Shown here piece after piece: positions 58,535-64,000 of a DNA stretch of 64,000 nucleotides. A program made the position numbers and the translations under genes. Numbering within the stretch: position 1 is the first letter of the stretch; the number at the start of each line of letters is the position of its first letter. The notes under the pieces are model-generated. The model was not told where the DNA came from. It did no database searches and saw nothing but the letters and a program-made list of their open reading frames with translations. Source of the DNA: Desulfobacterales bacterium (GTDB taxonomy: Bacteria; Desulfobacterota; Desulfobacteria; Desulfobacterales; UBA5852); NCBI GenBank assembly GCA_963674755.2, contig CAXXVS010000002.1, forward strand, positions 2,464,001 to 2,528,000, written 5' to 3'.

Positions 58535-60283
58535 ATGCATGTCAACACCTGGCCCACCGACTGCTGGCCCGAAGACGTACCGCGCAATATCACCGGATAC
58601 AGCAAACCACTCTTTTCCATCCTCGATGAGACCGCCGCCGAATATGGCGATCAGGTCTACACCATCTTCAGCGGGGCCACCCGAACCTTCGGTCAGGTGC
58701 AGGAGACCGCCAACCGCGTGGCCAATTTCCTGATTGACCGCGGCATCCGCAAGGGCGACCGGGTGGCCATCTTTCTTCCCAATCTGGCGCACTACCCGAT
58801 GGTTTATTTCGGAATCCTCAAGGCCGGGGCCGTGTGCGTCACCTGCAACCCCCTTTACACGGCCGGGGAGCTCAACTACCAGCTCAAGGATGCCGGCGCC
58901 AAAGCCCTCTTCTGCATGGATCACCCCCAGTTCTACCCCGTCACGGTGGCGGCTGTTCAGGACACGGATATCGAGACCGTGGTCATCTGCAGCGTCAAAT
59001 CCATCCTCCCGACGCTGAAAGGCTTCATCGGCGGCCTGCTCGGCAAAATTCCCAAAGCCGGCCGCTATACCGCCGGCCATCTATTCTTCGACCAGATTAT
59101 AAAGCAGGCCCGACCCCGGGCACCGGTCATCGAGATCGATCCCGAAAGGGATTTGGCGGTAATCATCTACACCGGCGGCACCACCGGCGTTCCCAAGGGG
59201 GCCGCCCTTACCCACGCCAACCTCGTCTTCGATGTCATGGCATTGGATCAATGGGTTCGCATCCCGCAGAAGCCGGGAGGCCGGCCGGAGCAATTGCGTC
59301 GAGGCGGTTTTCACTGCTTCTTAGGCGTTCTTCCGATGTACCACAGCTTCGGAATGACAATCATAATGCTCTGGTCCTGCCTTATTGCCAGCCGTCTGGT
59401 GTGCATTCCGGATCCCCGAGCCGGCAACCCACCTTTTACCGAAGTTCTCAAGGCGGTGGAAGACAACAAAGCCACTATACTGTCAGCCGTACCAACTATC
59501 TTCGTAGCCTTCAACAACCATCCCCTGCTGGATAAGTTCGACCTGTCCTCCATCATGGGCTGCGGCTCCGGCGGCGCCCCCATGCCGGTGGAGGTGGCCA
59601 AGACCTTCGAGGAAAAAACCGGTTCGGTGATCTTTGAGTGCTATGGGTTGAGTGAAACCGCGCCGCTGGCCACCGGCAATCCCACCGACAAGCATTCGCG
59701 GCGTTTCGGTACGGTCGGATTTCCCATCTCCAATACGGATGTTAAAATCATGGATCTCGCCACCGGAACCGAAGAGCTGCCCCGCGGGAAGGATGGCGAG
59801 ATCGCTATCAGCGGCCCCCAGGTGATGCAGGGCTACTGGAACAAACCCGAAGAGAACGTCGCTGTATTCCGCGATGTCCGAGGCCGACGCTATTTTCTTA
59901 CGGGAGATATCGGCCATGTGGACGAGGACGGCTACATCGTCATCACGGACCGTAAAAAGGACATGATCATCGTGGGGGGGTTCAACTGCTATCCGCGCGA
60001 AGTCGAGGAGGTCTTGTATACCCATCCCAAGGTCGCCCTGGCGGCCGTGGTGGGTGTGCCTGATCTCAAAAGCGGCGAGGCCGTTAAGGCCTTTATCCAG
60101 CTGGTACCCGGTGCGAGCGCCACGGAAGAAGAGATCATCGGCTACTGCCGGGAGCACCTGGCCGGTTACAAGCGCCCCCGCCGTGTCGAATTCCGTGAGG
60201 CCCTGCCCACATCGGTGATCGGCAAGGTTTTGCGGCGTGTTTTGCGGGACGAAGAGCACGAAAAAGCGCAAAAGGAGACGTAA
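58535..60283 (+). CDS. Long-chain fatty acid-CoA ligase (AMP-binding enzyme)
   Basis: YTGGTTGVPKGA, ECYGLSE, TGDIG, DRKKDMII, PTSVIGKVLRR; RBS GAGGAG. Confidence 0.92.
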   Translation: MHVNTWPTDCWPEDVPRNITGYSKPLFSILDETAAEYGDQVYTIFSGATRTFGQVQETANRVANFLIDRGIRKGDRVAIFLPNLAHYPMVYFGILKAGAVCVTCNPLYTAGELNYQLKDAGAKALFCMDHPQFYPVTVAAVQDTDIETVVICSVKSILPTLKGFIGGLLGKIPKAGRYTAGHLFFDQIIKQARPRAPVIEIDPERDLAVIIYTGGTTGVPKGAALTHANLVFDVMALDQWVRIPQKPGGRPEQLRRGGFHCFLGVLPMYHSFGMTIIMLWSCLIASRLVCIPDPRAGNPPFTEVLKAVEDNKATILSAVPTIFVAFNNHPLLDKFDLSSIMGCGSGGAPMPVEVAKTFEEKTGSVIFECYGLSETAPLATGNPTDKHSRRFGTVGFPISNTDVKIMDLATGTEELPRGKDGEIAISGPQVMQGYWNKPEENVAVFRDVRGRRYFLTGDIGHVDEDGYIVITDRKKDMIIVGGFNCYPREVEEVLYTHPKVALAAVVGVPDLKSGEAVKAFIQLVPGASATEEEIIGYCREHLAGYKRPRRVEFREALPTSVIGKVLRRVLRDEEHEKAQKET

Positions 60284-61710
60284 TGACCGATTTCAGTGAG
60301 TTGACCCGCCTGGATGCCATTGCCCAGGCCGAACGGGTGCGGAGAAAAGACATTCAGGCGATCGAGCTGGTGGATGCCGCCATCGAACGCATCGAGGCCG
60401 TCAATCCCAAGCTCAACGCCGTCGTGACGAAGATGTTCGACCAGGCGCGGGAAGCCGCCCGGAGGCCTTTGCCGGAAGGGCCTTTTACCGGCGTGCCGTT
60501 TCTCCTGAAGGACATCCTCGGCATGTGCAAAGGTGTCCCCATGACCGTTGGGTCCAAGCTCCTGCGCGATCTCGTCCCCGACCACGACAGCGAACTGGTA
60601 AACCGCTTGCGGCAGGCCGGTTTGATTTTCGTGGGCAAGACCAATGTACCGGAATTCGGTACTCTGCCCACAACGGAATCCCAATTGTTCGGCCCCTGCC
60701 GCAACCCCTGGGATACCACCCGCAGCACCGGGGGCTCCAGCGGGGGCTCGGCCGCGGCCGTGGCTTCGGGGATGGTCCCCATGGCGCACGCCAACGACGG
60801 GGGCGGGTCGATTCGGATACCGGCGTCCTGCTGCGGTCTCTTCGGTCTGAAACCGACCCGGGCCCGCAATCCTTTGGGGCCTGATTTCGGAGAAGGCTGG
60901 GGCGGACTGATGGCCGAGCATGCCCTGACCCGATCCGTACGCGACAGTGCCGCCCTGCTGGACGCCACGGCCGGCCCCGAGCTTGGCGATCCTTACTGGG
61001 CGCCCCCGGCCAAACGTCCCTTTTCAAGGGAAGTCGGCGCCGATCCGGGCGTCCTGCGCATCGCCCATGCGATTTCTCCGGATTTTCCGGTTCACGCGGA
61101 TTGCCGCCGGGCGGCGGAAGAAGCGATGGCCCTGTGCCGCGACCTGGGCCACCATATCGAGGAATTGCCCCTGGCGCTCGATGTCCCTTTCGAGCACTTT
61201 GCATCCTGTGTGCGGGTCGTCATTGCCGCGGGAACGGCCTCAGTCCTCAAAATGCTGGGCGCCGGCCCGGGCCAGGTGGAGCCCATGACCTGGGCCCTGT
61301 ATGAGATGGCCCGAAACATCGACGGAGCAGACTACGTCCTGGCGCTGGAACAGCTCCAGCGCAGCTCCCGCACGATTGCGGGCTGGTTTAAGCATTATGA
61401 TGTACTGCTGGCCCCGACCGTCCCGGAACCGCCGCCGTTGCTGGGCTCCTTCGATCCGGCACCGGAAAATCCCCTCCAGGGGTTCGACCGGGCCGGACAC
61501 TATGTTCACCTGAACCCCCTCGCCAACGTCACCGGCCAGCCGGCCATGTCCGTGCCGTTGTTCTGGAATGAGGCGGAGCTGCCCATCGGCGTCCACTTCA
61601 TGGGCCGCTTCGGCGATGAGGCCACCCTGTTTCGCCTGGCCGCGCAACTGGAAGCCGCCCAACCCTGGGCACACCGGACACCGCCCATCCATGCCGCCGC
61701 TGGCGACTGA
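60283..61710 (+). CDS. Amidase signature family protein
   Basis: [43 protein letters not shown] coupling to the CoA ligase. Confidence 0.93.
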   Translation: MTDFSELTRLDAIAQAERVRRKDIQAIELVDAAIERIEAVNPKLNAVVTKMFDQAREAARRPLPEGPFTGVPFLLKDILGMCKGVPMTVGSKLLRDLVPDHDSELVNRLRQAGLIFVGKTNVPEFGTLPTTESQLFGPCRNPWDTTRSTGGSSGGSAAAVASGMVPMAHANDGGGSIRIPASCCGLFGLKPTRARNPLGPDFGEGWGGLMAEHALTRSVRDSAALLDATAGPELGDPYWAPPAKRPFSREVGADPGVLRIAHAISPDFPVHADCRRAAEEAMALCRDLGHHIEELPLALDVPFEHFASCVRVVIAAGTASVLKMLGAGPGQVEPMTWALYEMARNIDGADYVLALEQLQRSSRTIAGWFKHYDVLLAPTVPEPPPLLGSFDPAPENPLQGFDRAGHYVHLNPLANVTGQPAMSVPLFWNEAELPIGVHFMGRFGDEATLFRLAAQLEAAQPWAHRTPPIHAAAGD

Positions 61711-61763
61711 CACACCGAACGGCGGTTAGCCCCTCGGGAGAGCCAACCGCCGCAGTCCGCATA

Positions 61764-62882
61764 TCAAGACGTGTGTTCCAGCAGAATCCGCAGCATCCGC
61801 CGCAGGGGTTCGGCCGCCCCCCACAGGAGCTGGTCCCCCACGGAAAAGGCGGTCAGATATTCCGGCCCGATCGTCAGCTTGCGCAACCGGCCCACCGGCA
61901 CCGTGAGCGTGCCGGTCACCTTGGCCGGCGTCAATTCCCGCAGGGTGATGTCCTTCTCGTTGGGGATCACCGCAACCCAATCGTTGTGTCCGGCGATCAA
62001 GGCCTCGATGTCATCCAGGGGCAGGTCGCGCCGCAACTTGATGGTGAAGGCCTGGCTGTGGCAGCGCATGGCGCCGATGCGAACGCATTGGCCGTCGATG
62101 GGTACGGGGTTGCCCTGGCGGCCCAGGATCTTGTTGGTTTCGGCATAGCCCTTCCACTCCTCCCGGGTCTGACCGTTTTCCATGGGGCGGTCGATCCAGG
62201 GGATCAGGCTGGCCGCCAACGGGGCGCCGAACTGGGCCACCGGGAAATCCCCGCTACGCAGGGTGTCGGTGACCCGCTGATCCAGGGCTTTGATGGCGGA
62301 AGCCGGATCGTTCAGCAGGGCCTCCGCTTCACTCCCGATGGTGTGCATCTGGGCCACCAGTTCGCGCATGTTGTTGGCCCCGGCGCCGGAAGCCGCCTGG
62401 TAGGTCATGGAGGTCAGCCATTCCACAAGGTCCTTCGCGAACAGGCCGCCTAAGGCCATGAGCATCAGGGATACGGTGCAGTTGCCGCCGATAAAATCTT
62501 TGACGCCCTCGGTCAGGGCCTTGTCGATGACCTGCCGGTTGACCGGATCGAGCACGATCACGCTGGCGGGATCCATCCGCAGGGTCGAAGCGGCATCGAT
62601 CCAGTAGCCCGGCCAGCCGTTTTGCCGCAGTGCCGGATGGGTCTTCTCGGTATAGCCACCGCCCTGGCAGGACACGATGATCTCCATCTGCGCCAGACGC
62701 GCCAGATCGAAGGCATCTTCCACCAAAGGCACGTCCCGGCCGATGTCAGGCCCCTTCTGCCCCGCCTGGGAAGTTGAAAAGAAATAGGGATCGTAACCGC
62801 TGAAATCGTCTTCCGCCTGCATACGATCCATGAGGACCGAGCCGACCATTCCCCGCCATCCGATAAAGCCGACACGTTTCAT
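61764..62882 (-). CDS. asd: Aspartate-semialdehyde dehydrogenase
   Basis: [55 protein letters not shown]. Confidence 0.97.
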   Translation of the reverse strand: MKRVGFIGWRGMVGSVLMDRMQAEDDFSGYDPYFFSTSQAGQKGPDIGRDVPLVEDAFDLARLAQMEIIVSCQGGGYTEKTHPALRQNGWPGYWIDAASTLRMDPASVIVLDPVNRQVIDKALTEGVKDFIGGNCTVSLMLMALGGLFAKDLVEWLTSMTYQAASGAGANNMRELVAQMHTIGSEAEALLNDPASAIKALDQRVTDTLRSGDFPVAQFGAPLAASLIPWIDRPMENGQTREEWKGYAETNKILGRQGNPVPIDGQCVRIGAMRCHSQAFTIKLRRDLPLDDIEALIAGHNDWVAVIPNEKDITLRELTPAKVTGTLTVPVGRLRKLTIGPEYLTAFSVGDQLLWGAAEPLRRMLRILLEHTS

Positions 62883-62929
62883 CTTCTGCACTCCTTTTTC
62901 TGGGTAAATGAAAAACAGGGCGCCAAATG

Positions 62930-62970
62930 AAAAAGCCTCTCTGAACCCCGGTGCCGGTTCAGAAAGGCTT
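62930..62970 (-). terminator. Attenuator terminator upstream of asd
   Basis: Minus strand AAGCCTTTCTGAACC-loop-GGTTCAGAGAGGCTTTTT. Confidence 0.85.
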
Positions 62971-62991
62971 ACATTGCTTTGGATTCAATTC

Positions 62992-63096
62992 CTAGCGCCG
63001 CTTCCCGAACCAACCCCTTCCCGGGCGGGTCATTATGGTGGCGCCCCGCTTGGTGCCGGTGTGTGTTTTGGTTTTGGTCAGGTGGAGCGTCGGCAT
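62992..63096 (-). CDS. asd leader peptide (34 aa; Thr/Lys-rich, with Ile and Met)
   Basis: MPTLHLTKTKTHTGTKRGATIMTRPGRGWFGKRR; stop 21 nt before the terminator; its 3' end can pair with the terminator 5' arm. Confidence 0.75.
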   Translation of the reverse strand: MPTLHLTKTKTHTGTKRGATIMTRPGRGWFGKRR

Positions 63097-63269
63097 TGAA
63101 CCTTTGATCCTGTCAATACGCTTTCGCGCTTTTAAATTAGCGGTACTTTCCTGTATCTAGCCCGAAAAGTCAACCATCCAAATCGGGTTGTCCGGCGGAC
63201 CTTGTTCTCCCCAGGTGCGCGGCGCCATTTGCGGTCGTGATCGGGCATATGGCACACCAATTAGGATGA

Positions 63270-63674
63270 CTATGCTTTGGGCGCCACCAGCCCTCTGACA
63301 TCCGTAATTTTAAACCGGACGGCGGCTACGATGGCGTTGGCGGAGCGGTCGCCGGCCACTTCCCGGATGTTTTTCCGGAACGAATCCAGCAGTTCACCGT
63401 AGCGCTCAAAGGAATCCAGTTCCAGGTAAAGCCGGGCCCCCTTCCATTCCGTCGGGGATTCGCCGGGCTCGATCACGATGAAACTGGCCTTGGGATTTTC
63501 CTGCAGATTTTGGAAGGACCGGTTGTCGCCGATGGCCATGATCACGGTGTCCTCGTCGATCATGCGCGGCGAGCCGAAAACGGCGGCGTCGACATTGCCG
63601 TCTTTGTCGGCCGTGGCCAGCGCACCAATGCGGGTCTTCTTGTTGAACATCCTCATCACCTGTTTTCGATCCAT
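63270..63674 (-). CDS. Pyridoxamine 5'-phosphate oxidase-like FMN-binding protein
   Basis: LATADKDGNVD.A, NLQENPKA; RBS AAGGAG. Confidence 0.85.
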   Translation of the reverse strand: MDRKQVMRMFNKKTRIGALATADKDGNVDAAVFGSPRMIDEDTVIMAIGDNRSFQNLQENPKASFIVIEPGESPTEWKGARLYLELDSFERYGELLDSFRKNIREVAGDRSANAIVAAVRFKITDVRGLVAPKA

Positions 63675-64000
63675 GTCGTCTCCTTATGGTTTTGGGCCGC
63701 GTATACACAGACACTATCGCCAATGTTTCCGATCCATCCGGAAGTCAATGAACCTTGTTAATCAGTGGCCGTCCCGAAATGGTAGATTTTAGTTCCTGTC
63801 AAGGCCCGAACGCGTTTTCCCGCTTTGCGGGACTTCCCATCCGATTGATTCCCAGCGGTGGGTGTCAACCGGCGGAATAGTTCACTGTTTCGAGGATTGA
63901 CAACAAGCGAGACGCGGCCAGGGGCCGAAAGATGCCATTTCGGGCTGGACACTGATAGGGTAATACCGAACCTCGCCGGCGCAACGGGTGTCACGGGCGG

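Noticed and set aside
63760..64000. ncRNA or gene at the right edge
   Set aside because: No recognisable motif, and context is cut off by the window end

Overview
GC-rich chromosomal window whose gene content and protein styles suggest a sulfate-reducing deltaproteobacterium (Desulfobacterales-like; inference). Left to right: (1) 1-8.5 kb, a type II secretion/type IV pilus-like cluster (secretin, PilT, GspE/PilB, GspF/PilC, PpiC foldase, GspG-like protein) running into (2) an 8.6-19.5 kb iron/metal-uptake island (feoAB, two DUF4198 proteins, FeoB-associated Cys-rich protein, methyltransferases, flavodoxin, DtxR/MntR-family regulator, DUF1007, broken Ni/Co transporter). Two operons in this island share a promoter, tandem operators and a conserved terminator/antiterminator leader that I cannot assign to a known RNA family. 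(3) A chromate locus (chrB, MFS, small Cys-repeat protein, chrA). (4) plsY, Smr, archease and rtcB, followed by 157-bp tandem palindromic repeats. (5) Glycosyltransferase, cytochrome c', cytochrome b and a chimeric ECF-sigma remnant. (6) An AT-rich island (amidase, split PP2C phosphatase, IS200-interrupted flavin oxidoreductase, probable group II intron remnant). (7) A sigma54/ZraSR-like copper regulon (copA, cupredoxin, His/Met-rich periplasmic proteins). (8) A cobalamin riboswitch controlling a small 4-repeat orphan protein. (9) Hemerythrin, PP2C and hybrid kinase signalling genes, acyl-CoA ligase, amidase, and asd with a Thr/Lys-rich leader-peptide attenuator. The best novelty candidates are the duplicated leader RNA and the secretion/pilus cluster tied to the iron island, the B12-regulated repeat protein, and the asd attenuator. 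All calls come from motif reading by eye; no database searches were run.
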